Shown: positions 34,441 to 49,043, counted from the first letter of the stretch. The stretch: DNA of 64,000 nt from Tubiluchus corallicola (GCA_030141605.1 JAQGDQ010000072.1:62001-126000), one strand, 5' to 3'. A program made the numbers and translations. The notes: generated by a model from the sequence alone, not told the origin.

Positions 34441-37400
34441 ATTTCTTGTTGACAAACTATTATGTAGTTTAGTAACTATGTTTGTACACTTGGTTAAATT
34501 TTTGTAATTATATTTGGAATTTTTTCCCTAACTATATCATGCTATAGTATACTAATGTAGTTCTGTTACAATTATTGTAACTATATTTCATTTTCTAGTT
34601 ATAGGGCATAATAGTTAAAGATAATAATGCAAATTGTAATGTAAAAATGCATGCTGAAGTGATAATAAATTACAATTACAATTACAATTACAATAAATGC
34701 GAATAATTTTGACAGTGTCCACAAAAAAGACTCTTTTGATTTATTCTCACGTTCCTGGTGCGATATGTACATGCAGATATGACCATGATTAATGATGATA
34801 ACAATGATGTGATATGATGATAGGATATACACAAAAATGACAAAAAAATATGGACAAGAAATGAATGTTTGTGAGATAATGGAGACCATGAAATAGTAGT
34901 CTAATGTCGTAAATAATTTAATCACATTAAGTAATTGAAAAGTCATAACTCGCCTTCAATTTTGTACGTTGTTTCATTAATATTTATAATCGATGTCTTG
35001 TATTACCGCGCCGCTGCATGTGCGCACATAGCTACAGATTAGCTATTTTCCTTCTGAAGAAATACCCATAGATATGTGCTAAGCTGGTGCACGAGAAAGT
35101 CTCTTGGCTAAAAAACTACGTTTATCAAAAAAATTAAGATACATACATTATAACAATTCAACTCTTTGCAAAACTCAGGCCACTCTCGCATGCAAGTACC
35201 TATCAATACAACTGCACCACATTCGGTTCGTAATTGATGCAGATCTATAGATATGCACAAATCATGCGAGCGCGTAACAAGTTTTGGCAAAATCAAAATG
35301 TTGTGTAAATACTCATGTTAATTACTATAAGTTTGGAGAAAAAATGAAAATTACCTGAAGGTTTAAATTAATATTGAATACAATACACACACGAAAAAAC
35401 TTAATAAACATTGTCTTGTGGGCTAATGTCTATAAGACGTCCTCGTATTTCAACTTGATGTCATAATTATGTTCTGTATCAGTAGCCAAATTAATAACCA
35501 ACGCGACATTAATTAATCATTTATCATTAATGTAGTTAATACAACGTTATTGTCATATCATCTTTAATCAATACAAAATTTAAAAATGCATAGCACTTTT
35601 TCAAGTACTGTTGCGTAAGAACATTCACTATTCTTAGCAATCGTTTTGGGCGGGCTATTTATTATCATCAACTAAAATAACACGTGATCATTTATCATCG
35701 GCCGAAATGATGTTTCATTTGTCATCATAAAGCACTAATTAATATAATTAATGTACCAGTAATAAAAATCAAGATGTTCTTTTATAGTTCCTCTCACGTG
35801 ATCTTTAAATCATCAAGCAAGATATTATGATTTTTTCGAATAAGGTTACTATCATCGCTCAACAAATTAATTCACTCATCATCAATCATGTTAATTATAA
35901 AATGTCATGATATAAAATCACCTATCAATGTACTGTAATAGAAATAAAATTTTAAACAAAAAATACAAAATATTTCACGTTTTATATTAACTTTTGTCAA
36001 ACTAATACAATAAAGATGTCTATAATGTCTTTCATTTTTTATCATCAGACATTTCACAAGTCAAGATAGCATTAGAATGCCCTGATTCTGCGAACTGTCC
36101 ATACAAGGTAATATTACTGGAGTATTAACAGTACAAATAATTACTACTTGAACCCTGGCCGTTTAGTTTTTTCGAATAATACATTAATACATATAATAAT
36201 GCACCACATTATACAAAGCCAACTATAGTAGCTATCCGTATCATCACGCTATAGGTTAGGTAGTCTACGTGCCTTTTCACACGGCAGAATTTCACTTAGG
36301 GATAAAAATTTACTCTGAAGCATTTTTGTGTAACCATAGGTTCAAGGTTCAAACTATAGGTGTAAGGTTCAACTATACACCGGAGTTGAAACTACAGCCA
36401 AATGCACACTTAACATTTAACTACTGATTTTCCCCATGAAAAGTCTCTAGCCTTGATGACCTTTTTCAGATTTATATATTCTATGTATAAATATGGATAT
36501 GAGCTAATGCTCATTAATTTTTGTATTTTACACATCAGAATTTGTAATTAATAATGTCAGCCGTCTTGAACTTCTTATAACAAAATATAACAAAATTCTT
36601 ATTCAAAAACTACAATAATTCAAGGCTAAAGGCGATTTAAATGATTTTATAAGTTTGATCAGTGATTAGCTATATTCGTAATCTAATGACCATAAATGCA
36701 TCGTAAATAAAGATATGAAAAATCGTAAATATCGCACTGTAATTACTCCTGTTTGGTATCATTTTACTCCCTGTTCGTTATGATCGTAAGGAAAGGGAAA
36801 AGTTCCTGTTATCACCACGAGTGTGTTTCTGTAGTTGATCCATCAGTTAGTCAGCGAGAAACTTCACTACTTCAATCCAGCAACTCTAGTACAACTCTGT
36901 ACTGGTTAGGCTTTCACGGTATCACCAATACACAAGCCTTTCAAACAGCAAGCGTAATTTAACTTAGCATTGGGAAGTTCTGTGGGATATACTTTAAAAT
37001 CCCTTTCCTTCCTCTTTAAGAGCGTTGTGGCATTTATCTCCCCGTACTCACTGCAACATTATTATTTTATTATAGTCTAGGAGCTGACAGAGAGTTGTAT
37101 TACATCTCGCGTATAAAAGGTTTGAGTGCTGTGATCTTTTGGCAGTTTACTGGAGATTAGTTACTGGTCAGTGTTCAATCTTAAGTTTTCAAATTGGTGC
37201 CCAAAGTAGGAGGCGGTTCTAGAAGTACTCACGTTGAGTACATCAATGAAACTTTGCAAACATATTCTTTATACCTTATTGAATAAAGATTGGTGGTTTT
37301 TAAATGATAAATTTGGCATGGCGATCAACTTATTCATAACTCTCAAGTTTTCAAATGGTGTCTTCCAATAAGCAGTTATGAACATTTTATAAGCAGTTTA

Positions 37401-38554
37401 GAAGCTTCCTATTATAACAGTATCTAGATACGAAATATCAAAAGTTTCATTATAAGCATAAAACAGTTAAAATTGTTGTTAACTTTATGGTATAATGTTA
37501 TTAATTTCATAACCCGTTTTTAAAATAATTTATAGCAGTTTATCGTTATTCTACCGTTGGATTGAAAGTAGGATTACAAGAGCAATTTGCGCGTGCGCTG
37601 CAATACTAATCTATTGTAATCTAAGATATAGTAATCGATAATAATCTACCAGGATAACTAATCTTTCAATTCGTTCTAGTTGGATAAAGTTTTTCAGAAG
37701 CAATCTGATTGTTAGGAAGAAATATTGCTGCTTTAATCTTATATAACATTAAACGAATTCATTATTTCACTTCACTCTTGGTTACTTTTTGCTGGACACG
37801 AGATTTTATGCAGTATGTCACAGATTTCCAACAGGATCACATGTCACAGATTTCCAACAGGACCCTGGAACATTGACGAATGGACAGTGAAAGCTAGAGG
37901 CAGAAAAATAAAGCCAAAATTTTGCTAATTAAATTCTGATAAAAATTCACAAAAAGAAAATTCTGATTTTGCAATATGTCTCCTACCAAAAGCATTATAC
38001 AATTTGCGACAACCACTTGCTGGTTGTTAGTGTTTGCTTTCGTTTCTAAACCATTGACATCAAAATCATAATCACGTAGCTGTTTCTTTGTGTTCTTTAG
38101 TTATAAATATTCTGTACGCGCATTGACGCTTCAAGTTTAGGTGTGCGTTTTTATGAGAATCGTATTGCTTGATTAATGAGCATATGATAACAAGTCATTA
38201 AATTTGTTAGGATACACTTGACAGCTAATCAGTGGTGCAGTAATTAAGATGAGGCAAAATTGTTAGGTAATCGTAGAACTTCTCCTCTACTTACTGTTAG
38301 CTACAGTTGCATGATGTACTTATGACTAATGATAAGTGTGGTGCCACCGGGTTTTATTATATGTATAGCGTTTTTGTTGTTTCTGTTCAACAGTTAGGTG
38401 TAGAATTCTAGATTCAACGAATGCCAGTTGTGAATCCTTGACATTTTCACAGGTCGTAAATTGCCACTAGAAATTCTTAGAATATCAAGCTTTCTATTAT
38501 AATGTGGAATAAAACACACGGTTGTCTTTAACCAGATTAACTACTTTTCTATGG

Positions 38555-39350
38555 ATAATAACTTTTTGTCGGGAAAGAACTCGGGTTTAAATCAGACGAT
38601 AGAGTACCATCAGCCAGCTCGTTTCAATCGTTCACACACCGTATACAAATCTAGATGTCCGTGTTGAAATTTGTGGCGTTTTTCTGGACATCAGTAAAGC
38701 TTTTGATAAGCGTGGCATGAGGCTTGCTTGATATTCAAATTAAAGCAGTATGGAGTGAGCGGCCAACTGTTTTGGCTATCGTCGTACCTTCGTAACAGAT
38801 CATAAAGAGTAACGCTAAAGGATAATACATCTGGCGTGAAGCGACTTTTATCTTGAGTCTTCCAAGGTTCTATCTTAGGTCCACTTCTATTTTTAGTGTA
38901 TGCTAACGATATTACAGAAGACATTCAATCTGATATTCGCCCTTTTGCAGACGATACGATTTTAATACATTCGTTTAAGGGTGATCCACATATATCGGCA
39001 AATCACTTAAAAGCAGATCTTAGAATAATTAAAAGCTGGGCCAAAAATTGGTTGGTTACCTTCAAACCAAATTAAACCGAAAGCATGCTTTTCTCCAGTA
39101 AATCCAATGTTCCTCCATATCCTATTCTATATTTATCTAATACTCCACTGAAAATAGTAAATGCTCACAAACACTTAGGTATCCATCTTACATTTGATCT
39201 GAACTGGAACTATCATGTCTCAAAAATTGTAGACAAAGTGAATTTAAAACTAAACAACTTTCGACGTATGTCAGTTAATTCACCCAGAGCTACGCGCGAA
39301 CAATTGTACATTTTGACTATTTTACCTGCTATTGAACATGGTCGCAACGC
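38555..39350 (+). mobile_element. CR1/L2-group LINE RT fragment
   Basis: FLDISKAFD, FKLKQYG, QGSILGPLLFLVYANDI, FADD, HKHLGIHLTFDLNWNYHV. Confidence 0.88.
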
Positions 39351-39354
39351 AGCG

Positions 39355-42300
39355 AAAATAGCATACGTTTATTAGAAAATATTCAGCCATCAGTCCCTAG
39401 AATTTCTTCTGGCCGTTGAAATAGAATTACACAACCCAAGGGGCATAACCTGAAATTCATGCTTGCCAAACTCTGTTACAAATGCCGCAATTGGCCTGGA
39501 ATTTTCCTCAATATTAACCTGCTAGTAATACTTTGTCATATCCAGGCAAGTAATGAACATTGCGCCATGCAACTGATCAATTGTTTCATCTATCCTGGGG
39601 GTAGGATAAGGATTAAAAACTGTAATTGAATTAATTTTCCTAAAATCAACACAAAATCGAAGCGATTGATCACGACATTTGTCCTGCTAGTTATGTCAGA
39701 AAAGGTTAGTGTAAACTTCTCCAGAGCAGTTCGTAGTTCATTCTTCTGCTTATTTGTTAAGTAACCTGGGATTACTACATCTATCAGAGTTTGTGTAGGT
39801 GTAATAGAGGTAGGTGCAAAACAGTGGTCTTCCATTTGTGACCGTTGCATTGGTGACACACTTTCATGCTCAGGATCTAATTCCAAATCATCTTGACAAG
39901 TAAACATGTCGAATGTGGGAATTGTTTGCGTGTAAAGGGCTTTTCTTTCTTCATGCGGTGTCCAAGCTTTGAGCAGATTGATATGGGAATTGCTTGACCT
40001 GTCTGCTTTTACTTCCAATGACAATGGAGTACACATGTTCTGAGATTTTTCGCAAAGCTTCGTGTGCCTCCTGAGTTACTGTTTCTAACTTATCAATGAT
40101 ATTGGCAACATAATGTCTTGGGGACTAGTAGTTTGGTCACAAAACCAAAGTTTCCAAAAAAGAACCATTTGGACCAGTTACTTGGTGTCCATAAACCAAC
40201 TCAAATGGGCTGTATCACAGGGATTCTTGTGGTACCTCACGGTACACAAATAAAACAAATGTTATCAGATCATCCCACTCAACGGTTTTGTCACTCATGG
40301 TAATTGTTTAATGGATCTTTTTCTTTTTAGGCTCCCATTGAATCGCTCACATAAGCTTTCAGATTGAGGATTATATGGAGTAGATGTAATCATTTTGATG
40401 TGGAAAGCTTCTTCTAGTCGCTATATGAGATTGGGTGCCTTGGTCTGACTGGATTGACTCTGGGCATCCATGTCACTAATAAATTGCAAGCACTTGGCTA
40501 TAGTCTCTGACTCAGTATTTTGGATGGAGAAAGCATCAGGGTATCAGGTATCTTGATCCTCAACTACTAGTGCCCACTTATTGCCATTCTTGGTTCTAGC
40601 CAGTGGTCCAATAAAGTCAATTTGGAGGGACTAAAAACTTTTCTCCACTACTGGAAAAGGTTTGAGCTTGGCTCTGTCTCCTTTCATGACTCTAGCTGTC
40701 TTTTGACATATTGGGCAGGATTGTATATACTTCTTAATGGTAGTGTGTATTCCTGACCAAGTATATTCGAACAATATCCTGTCCCTTGTTTTCTTGACGC
40801 CTAGATGCGTTCCAGTCTTTGAATCATGGGCTGGTTGTAGGGTCTGCTGCCTCCTACCCTGGGGAACAACAAGCAACTGGTGTACTGTTTTCCCATTTTT
40901 CGCTTATTAGCCCGATAAAGCATGCCTTGCCTTTGAAAATATCCTTTGCCATCTTGTATTGCTGTGTCTTCACTCACCACATGGTAAAAGAAATTGTTTA
41001 TGGTTACGTCTTTATGTGAAGGTTTCTTCTATCAGCTGGTTTCGAGACACTATGGCAAATATGTAGTTTTCATGTTGCATGTTGCATGTTGTTTAACTTC
41101 GGAAGAAAATTCAGTTTCTGAGTTTTCACTACTAGTTTCTTTGCTCAGTTGCTTTTTAAGCTCAGCTGTTTGTGCTCGTGTTACAACCAATGACTTTTCT
41201 TTCTGATTTCTGTTATTTAGTGCTGGATTTTTATAATCAATCAAGGCAATTCTACTTAGTTTCTGTACATCTTTGTCAAACTTAACAAAAGAAGGTACAC
41301 GAGAAGTTCGTTTATACTAGTAACATTCGTATGATGTTCCTTGGGAGCAACTTGTGCACGTTGAGAAGCACTCTTCACATAATCAAATGGTGGCTGTCAG
41401 GTAATTATTACCAAAACGAAAGTCGCAAAAGAGTCCTTTAATAACTGCTACTAGAAGCCAACTGTTCAATTTCTGACTACAAACAGGGACCCTAGCTGGA
41501 GGAATACGACGAAGATCGCCATGACAACAGCGGAATCCAACAGTTTCTCCAAGATACTGTTCATTTTTACGAATTCAGGACGTAAAAGGCTATTGTCTGA
41601 GCCAGTACCCCGTAAGACTACTACTATTCGACTGTTGATCATAACCTCAAACTCGTGATTTTCTTGTAATGCTTCATCTTGAGAGTTTGAAAGTGTGAAA
41701 TTTGGAGTAATGGTTCCCTCATTTTCGTTTTCACAGTAGCATTGTTTCTTGAAATCACCTCTAGGTTTTTGCTTCTTGCTTGAGTCATTTTGAAAAGTTT
41801 GTACGGACTCTTGCTTTCTCACTGGGCAGTCGGACTTCATATGCTCTGTTTTTCCCCACTTGTAACATTTAGGGCGAGAATTGCCCTGTGATTCGTGATC
41901 CGAATCATTGCCACTTATCTGGTTATTTCTCCTTTTAGATGACTCATTTTTCTGTAAAACTCCTGCATCATTAAATGAGCTCCAATAGTTGTATGCCTGC
42001 TCCGCTATTTCCAAGTATGATGTAATGTGTATATAGGGGCGGGCCATTGGGGCCAATTAATGATAGTCGCTGCTAAGTTCGATCAGTTCCTTGGCCGCGC
42101 TAGGAGTACTAACCGACTGCCCACTAAAGGAAACAGACAGTAGCTGAGCGTAGGCAAACTCGGCTCTACCTAAATAGCATGGATTCTTTTGTCGTGTGAT
42201 TGATAAAAACAGACTTATCCATACCTCCAAAATCAAACTGCAACCAGTCAAATAAGTAACAAGTTATTAAGTTTAATGACACAATAAAAATATCAAACAG

Positions 42301-44345
42301 TCGTGAAATTTAGGTATTTGCTAACAATAGAAAATAGTAATAAGCAAAAGTGAATCTGAAAATTTAACTAAACAGCATGGAATGAATGCTGTAAATACTG
42401 TAATACTTTAAATGCAAAGACAAAAACATACAAAAATCATACAGTGTCCTCGACTGCTTTAAAGGATTCCTACTTACTCTACCAGCCACCCCAAAACAGA
42501 TATGCTAGCTTAATATCTTCTCCAGACAGGTGTAGTTTGTGGTCATAGTCCTTTAGAACGACTAAAGTATGGTTCAGACTTCGTCTAATGGGTTCGCGAC
42601 CCCCACAGTAACGACGCAAAAAGTCTGAGAGAAACGTAGTCCGTTCGTTAAACGTTTCAACGTAAGTCTATCAAAAGGGTGACGTGTGAACGGAGCAGTA
42701 GGCACACGTGCATTCGGACATACACATCAAAAATAAGTTCTCCCTCTGGCGCCAATTAACGATAACTTAAATAAACAGGTACCTTTGCTTTCTGGTTTAC
42801 TGGTATAAAGTTCCTACCCGAGCAGTGACGACTTCTCCGTCCCATGCGATGGACTATCGAGCTGGGCACCTCTCCAACTTCACGACAGTGCTCTGACATG
42901 TTCCGAAACGACATCTTCTCGGCATGGTAAGATCAGCAAAACCACTTAAACCAATGAGTGGACATCTTCCACCACAGATAGATCATTAGCTTTTCAAACG
43001 TCAGTTAATGGAAAATCAGGTAAAATGTAAAAACGCAGTTTAACCAATCAAAGTCAAGTTGCATATCCCCTGTCGATGAAATCTGTATCACGAACGTACA
43101 GAAATCTATGTGTTTGGCTTCAATCCGATTAAATGCAATAAGGTACAGTTAAACGTTTAACCAAACCCAGGTGGGACGAACATTTCCTAAACTAACAAAT
43201 AGTATGTAGTCGATTACAACGATCTAGAAACAATTTACACTTATGGAACATAAGTAAAGAAAAGCTGGTGTCTGCAAGTTAAAACACGGTTCAATGATTC
43301 ATTGTGAATCATTACATATGACATTTGAGGTAGCCTACGAAGGTAAGAAGCTATGTCTTCTGGGAGCTTTGACAGTGCTTGCTCAAGGAAGAAGAGGTCT
43401 CCAATCTGCTCTCTGGTTCTGCGTTCGCTGCTTTAAGCCATTGTATGCCCACCTTACGCACTCTGTTAAAGTAACTTCTGTGTGTTTCTTTTTCAATTTA
43501 AATACATTTCTGAACGCAGTGCGATATGCATTTTTCTACAATTTATATGCATTTAAAATTTGCACCTTGGCAACATCATAATTGAATATTTGAGACTGAT
43601 CAACATCTTGCAAAGCTAAGGTTGCACGACCCGATACAACTTCAGCCAAGTTAGGAACATACTGCGCAATTGGGACTTTGATGACTCGCATACAGAGATC
43701 GAACTGATCTAAAAACGACAAGAGGTCTTCTGTTTTTTCATCAAAATTTCTGAATTTGATTATTATACTTTTGTCTTGTGTAGCATTTACTGTTGTTTGC
43801 AAATTATTTATTACATTAGACGTTGATTGAATTTACAACTTTAGCTTTTCCAGCTCAATTTTTTGTTTCCAAAATCAGCTGTTTAATTTTTAGTTCCTGC
43901 TCTGATAATTTAATGTCAGGCTGCACAAGTGCATGCACGGGCATTTGAACAAGTTCTTGAATTGCAAATGGATCAAATTCAGGCAAAGTAGGGAGTGCAG
44001 TTGATGCAGTAGGCGAGTTAAAAGCCTTGAATTCTACACCTTTACTTGGGGCCGTTTTAGGAGTAGGACTTGCAACATCAGCACCATTAAATTCTGTTTG
44101 ATCTGCAATACCTGTCACTGCATTTGCTGGCTTTGCTAAATTTAATAATGATTGCATGTTTGACAGTGCAAAATCAAGTGGATCTGAAATTGAATCTGTT
44201 GTGTTTCAAGAATCATTTGTACAATGTTTTCTTATCTGGCTTTTTGGTCTATAGTTAAACCTATGTCACCTGCTATGTCAAATACTTCACCCTTGTGCAT
44301 TTTACGCAACTCTTCAGCTGTAAAAAGTTTACTAGCCACGATAAC
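39355..44345 (-). mobile_element. Gypsy LTR retrotransposon, Gmr1-type order gag-PR-IN-RT, decayed
   Basis: Gag (FDEKTEDLLSFLDQFD..GRA..YDVAKVQILNAYKL), knuckle CYKWGKTEHMKSDCP, protease LRGTGSD, integrase AHD..HLG..KT..RI..SCPICQ / DFIGPL / SDQG / PYNPQS (40880-40330), then RT LDMTKYY / FVTEFGKHEFQVMPLGLCN (39560-39400). Confidence 0.88.
42021..43316. mobile_element. Solo LTR (1296 bp) inserted in the Gypsy gag
   Basis: Ends TGTAATG...CATTACA. 5-bp TSD TATGA at 42016-42020 and 43317-43321. Gag-like sequence lies on both sides. Confidence 0.88.
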
Positions 44346-44559
44346 GCAAATACTATGTAAGTGTGAAAAACAAATACTAGGAAAAATGACTTCAATGTTG
44401 TCAAAGGTAAGTTCAAAAACTAACAGCACTGTTCAGTCAATAACTAGACCAGTCGTTTTCTTAACTAGACCAGTAGAAAAACAAAACGGACATTAATGTT
44501 TAGAAAGAGCAAATCAAAACTTCAATAAGTTAAGAAGTGAGCATACGCTGCTCAAAACA

Positions 44560-44890
44560 AATGTTTCAAACATGCAAAGTGAACATCATCAATTTCTGTA
44601 CAACACTATAATCACTATACTACAGGCTGATTCTTTTCTGGCTCAAATTATTATTGCCAGCTAGTGCATAAAACTATCTATGCTTGCTGGCCGTAAGACT
44701 ATGTACAAAACAAGTTTTATTACCACTACCCTGGCTTCCCTGCACGCATTCACTTCTGACTTTAGTTTTGCATTTTGTTCGGACAATCTTACTATCTCTT
44801 CCTCGTTGCTTGTCAGGCAATTTAACACCGATGTTCCCTCAGACTTGATAACGTTGATTTCAACTTTCATTTCTTTAATTTCCTTGGTTA
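44560..44890 (-). mobile_element. LINE ORF1-like coiled-coil fragment
   Basis: TKEIKEMKVEINVIKSE..IVRLSEQNAKLKSEV heptads. Confidence 0.45.
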
Positions 44891-47800
44891 CGTAAGTAAG
44901 TAAATAAGTAAGTAAAACTTTTATTGCAAGCATCGCTCATATAACAATAGCTAGTGTAGAATGCAATATAATGCAATACAATAACAGTTAGTATACAATA
45001 CAATAATTACAAAAAATTGCAATAACATAATTACTATTTACATAAAATTTACAAATAGAAGATTTAACCATTTGTTATATAGTTTTGATATAGTTATTTA
45101 TAGTTATATAGTTACAGTTTTATATAGTTATATAACATAATTTCAAAATATGGTATGTAAGGATTCACACACATACTTCTAGCAGAGAAATCATATAGTT
45201 GGCTAAGTAGCATACGAATACCTTTGTTATATGAGACTTTCAAATTTTTAAGACTGTACATGTAATACTTGTGCCAAAGTGGTGACCAGTTGACAGAGGT
45301 GGAATGACTGATGCTTTTTTGATAAGGTAGCTACAGAATGAAAAGTTTCGTATTAAAATGTTGCTTCTGATGCAAAAAGGTGGCGTTGCTGCGCCATGTC
45401 TTTATCGTCTCTACCATCACTGGTTAGTAGATGTATCACTTTCCTTTTCTTGTATCTTGTGATCGTATAGTATTCAAGTGATTTGTATAATAATTTAATC
45501 GATTCGCTTCCTATATAATTAATTGCTACAAGGTGATTTATCACCCGGCTCCTAGGGCTTTAGATGAGTCTATCGGGCGACAATCTTGTCCCTCAAGACC
45601 GACACTTCAACTTCGCGTTGTGAGTAAAGTCTTTGACCCTAAAGCTATCTAGCCTAGCTCCCGCAATTGAGCTTTATAAAATTAATTAATAATTAATGCA
45701 ATGCGAATCTACAGGATCGTATATCGAATTTAGTGTTGCTTAACTTCAAACACTTTAAAGCATACATGAACTCATAAATTACGTCAAGGTGAATCAACTT
45801 TATTGGTTTACAAGTTTACTTCTATCTAGGTAGCTGTACAAGATTTGGCCTTACACGCTTGTAGGCGTTCACAACTAATGTATAGCTCCAAGAGATACTC
45901 AAGCAATTCACTTAGCAATTTTCAGTATGCTGCACTTAAGGTGCTTAATTCAATGTGAACTACACACTTAACAACCAATCCGTATGCTGCACTTAAGGTG
46001 CTTAATACAATGTGAACTACCTTTATGCAGAGTTACTCTCAGTTACTAATGCGTTAAGATTACTTAACTCGGTGGAATGACCACAATGCAACTCTAGTAC
46101 ACTTGGTCAACTCCAATGATATTGTGAGACTATTCGTTGATCCAGTGCCCAGACGATTTGCTGAGGACGTAGAACTGCTCCACGCTGGTTTCAAACGATG
46201 TCTCCACACTCTGTCAGATTCTCTATCGCCTCTCTCTGGCTCCTGACTCCCTCGATGTCCGCTCACTGACTCACGCCCGACTAACTAACGCCTCGTGTTC
46301 CCAACTCGAGCTTATATTTCCAAGATCCTGGCCTTGCGCAATTCGCGCCCAAACGCAATATGGTGCAGTATGGTGAAATGTGACATCCCTGGCTTACCCT
46401 GGCATCCCCTGCCAAGAAGTTTACGATCAACCAGGTGGCTTAAGAATTCCTCTTCTGCGTGGGAAAGGCTCTACACGCCAGGTCTGTCTTCAGAATTTCT
46501 TCCCCTCAATGTCTTCTCGCAAGCTTGACGTCGGCCATAAACTTCTCTTCCAAAGAAATTTGCCTATTGCGACTTTCTTGTTAATTACGTGTAACTCTGC
46601 ATAAGGTTATAAAGAACGTTTACCTACGCTTGCATAAGGCTATAAAGCAAGATTGCGTCCTCACTTAATGAACACCTGTTTACCTTCAGTAAACGAAACA
46701 AAACACACCTGTGGAATAATTTGGCATCGCATTAAATCCCGTGCCTTACTAGCTGGGTGAGTTCTTATTATCAATCAATAAATTTATCTTATCAAATCAG
46801 GGAGGTATCCGTTTTATCAACTGAATCTAATTCAGTTGATAATTCCATTAATTTATCACCAAATTACCGATTCATAAATTTATTCACGACTACTGTCTTA
46901 GATATTTCTCTTTAGTAGCAGTACATATATAGTTATTAGACAACCACATCCCTCTACTGGGTACGTTAGTTACCGTACGGTAGGTTACAAAAAAGAAGTT
47001 TAGTTTTCTTAATGTTAATAGTGACTTCTAATTTGTTCATGCAATTCATGTATTTATCAGTGAGCTGTTGCAAACCCGTGATCGTAGAGGCGATTAAGCA
47101 AGTATTATCCACGTAAATCAAGTGATTTTTACAAGCACTCGTCAGGAAGCAACATAGATGGGGGTTAGTTAGATTATTGCTGGCATTATACATATACGTT
47201 TTGTACAGTTTTGGAAATAAGAGACTGCCTTGTCTCAGGCCGTTAGAAACTGCAAAATTAGCAGACATAGTTTCACTTCATCTTACGCACTTATGTTGTC
47301 TAGTGTACCATGTATACAATAATCTTACAATAACGAGAGGACAGTGGATGTCAAGCAACTTTAGAAACAGTTTACAGTATCTATCGAAAGTTTTAGACGC
47401 ATCTATGAGCACAGCTACTTTTCTCTAGGTAAAAGTTAATAATTTCTTTCACAGTGAAAATGCACAGCTCAGTGCCACGTTTGGATTTGTAACCAATCCG
47501 GTGGGTGTGGTTACTAGATAATTATCGTATTGCATAACAATAATGTGTTCCAAAAGTTTATTCACAACTGCTGATAGAGCAATCGGGCAATAGTTATTTA
47601 GTTATTTACATCTGTCATGTCACCGTTTTTGTCGTTAACTAAAGGCACGATCACAATGCGCATTAAACTTTGAGGTAAGTAAGCAGGGATAATACATGAG
47701 GAAAAGGCAATACTTAATAATACAGGCAAACAGCGCGATGAGTATAAGAAGAGCTCGGTCATAAGCCGTCAGAGCCAGCAGATTTTTGTAATTTAGGCTT

Positions 47801-48110
47801 TTTTATAGTATCATTTACTTCGTTTGCATTTATGGTAGGTATACTATCTAATCGTTTGTTGTAATAAAAATTGTGATAATTGTAACAAAGATGTATTTTT
47901 TATGGAAATTCGCACTATGGTTTTGACTGGACATAAAAGGTGACTGAGTTCGCTGATACAGGACTAGACTTAGTGTGTTGATGACTGTAACATTGAAGTG
48001 CCTGAAGTTCTCCAGCTCATCATTAGCACACAGTGAACTATCCAAATCAAGGTCTTGAGCTACCGCAGCTAAGGATGAATTTATTGCCACTAATTATTTC
48101 AGTATTGTTT
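44891..48110 (-). mobile_element. APE-type LINE RT/3' fragment split by nested insertions
   Basis: PIALSAVVNKLLEHII, VSNGLRQGSLLFP, HLIYVDNTCLIA, then KYL (~46900) | HLLTSDGRDDKDM (~45436), and a 3' AATAAA..(TTAC)n tail at 44891-44925. Confidence 0.75.
45539..46762 (-). mobile_element. Probable solo LTR (~1.2 kb)
   Basis: Terminal inverted TCACCCGGCT / AGCTGGGTGA. Minus-strand TATAAG (~46315) and AATAAA (~45800). Internal ~39-bp duplication (45925-45963 / 45982-46020). TG..CA ends and TSD are not clean. Confidence 0.55.
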
Positions 48111-48946
48111 GATCATCTAGAATCTTTTCTATTAGTGAAAATGAAATTTCTCCTACACCACGTACAGTAGCCTCCACCATTAATGAGTCCATCAGGGCGC
48201 ACTACCATAAAAACTGTCCCATCTCAGAATACGCTAAAATGTGTTTAACTGATAACCGGTTTATTTTTCTCAGGCTATGTTGTATTCCGCATTAGTGGTT
48301 ACTGAGAGTGCGGCAGTAGTTGGGCGTGGGGTGTTTCTAGTAACTGAAAGCACTTTTTAAACACATATTTGCTTTCCTTAATTACAGCTGACCCTATTTT
48401 CTTCTAACTTCGTTAAATTGCACTTCGTTAAACGTGTTTTTTGCTTAAAATGAGTTAGTTATCGCTCGTGTCAGCGTAGTCCTATTTTTGGTTGTATGAG
48501 TGCTGTAACAGCTATACCGCAAAAGTTACTGTGGTTTAACATTCACGATATTGCGATATATATACCGCAGTGGTCTTTATAACAGTTTAACGAAACAGCG
48601 CAATATTTTTTGAAACAGTCACTTCTGTAAGACTTGAATGAAGTACAAGAAATTTCTGGCCATCCATCAGTAATCGATTATCAACAAAAGCACTAAAAGT
48701 GCTTCAATATTTCTGATTCAGATAAGATTTAACCGAAGATGACAGTCATCACCGACTGCCAGTGATAAATTCACTTGTGTATTTAAGAATCAACTGACAA
48801 TCGTCATCAGTTACTATCCAGCTAACTTTTACGTCTTGGAAAGACACGCTGAGACTTAGATGGACCAATGCCGTTTTTTATCACGAGCTGCACTAAGTAG
48901 GCAATAATAACATTTAACATGATGAGGAGTTCACCTGTCTTCTTAC

Positions 48947-49043
48947 CTGACATATGTGGGAGATTCCTGCTGTGCGCGAATGTGGCTACTAAAAGAAGCG
49001 TACAGAATCCAATCACTAACACCGCTGTGACGCTTTTGTTCAT
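48947..49043 (-). CDS. Candidate first coding exon of a small secreted protein/peptide precursor
   Basis: TTTTTTTGCAG acceptor 4 nt before the ATG. Signal-peptide-like MNKSVTAVLVIGFCTLLLVATFAHS-RNLPHMS. Strong donor CAG|GTAAGA at 48947/48946 and alternative donor CAG|GTGAAC 12 nt further. Lies outside recognisable TE sequence. Confidence 0.55.

Noticed and set aside
37815-37862. Short tandem duplication ATGTCACAGATTTCCAACAGGA x2 (a similar case lies at 18989-19022)
   Set aside because: Ordinary local slippage or repair duplications with no further structure.
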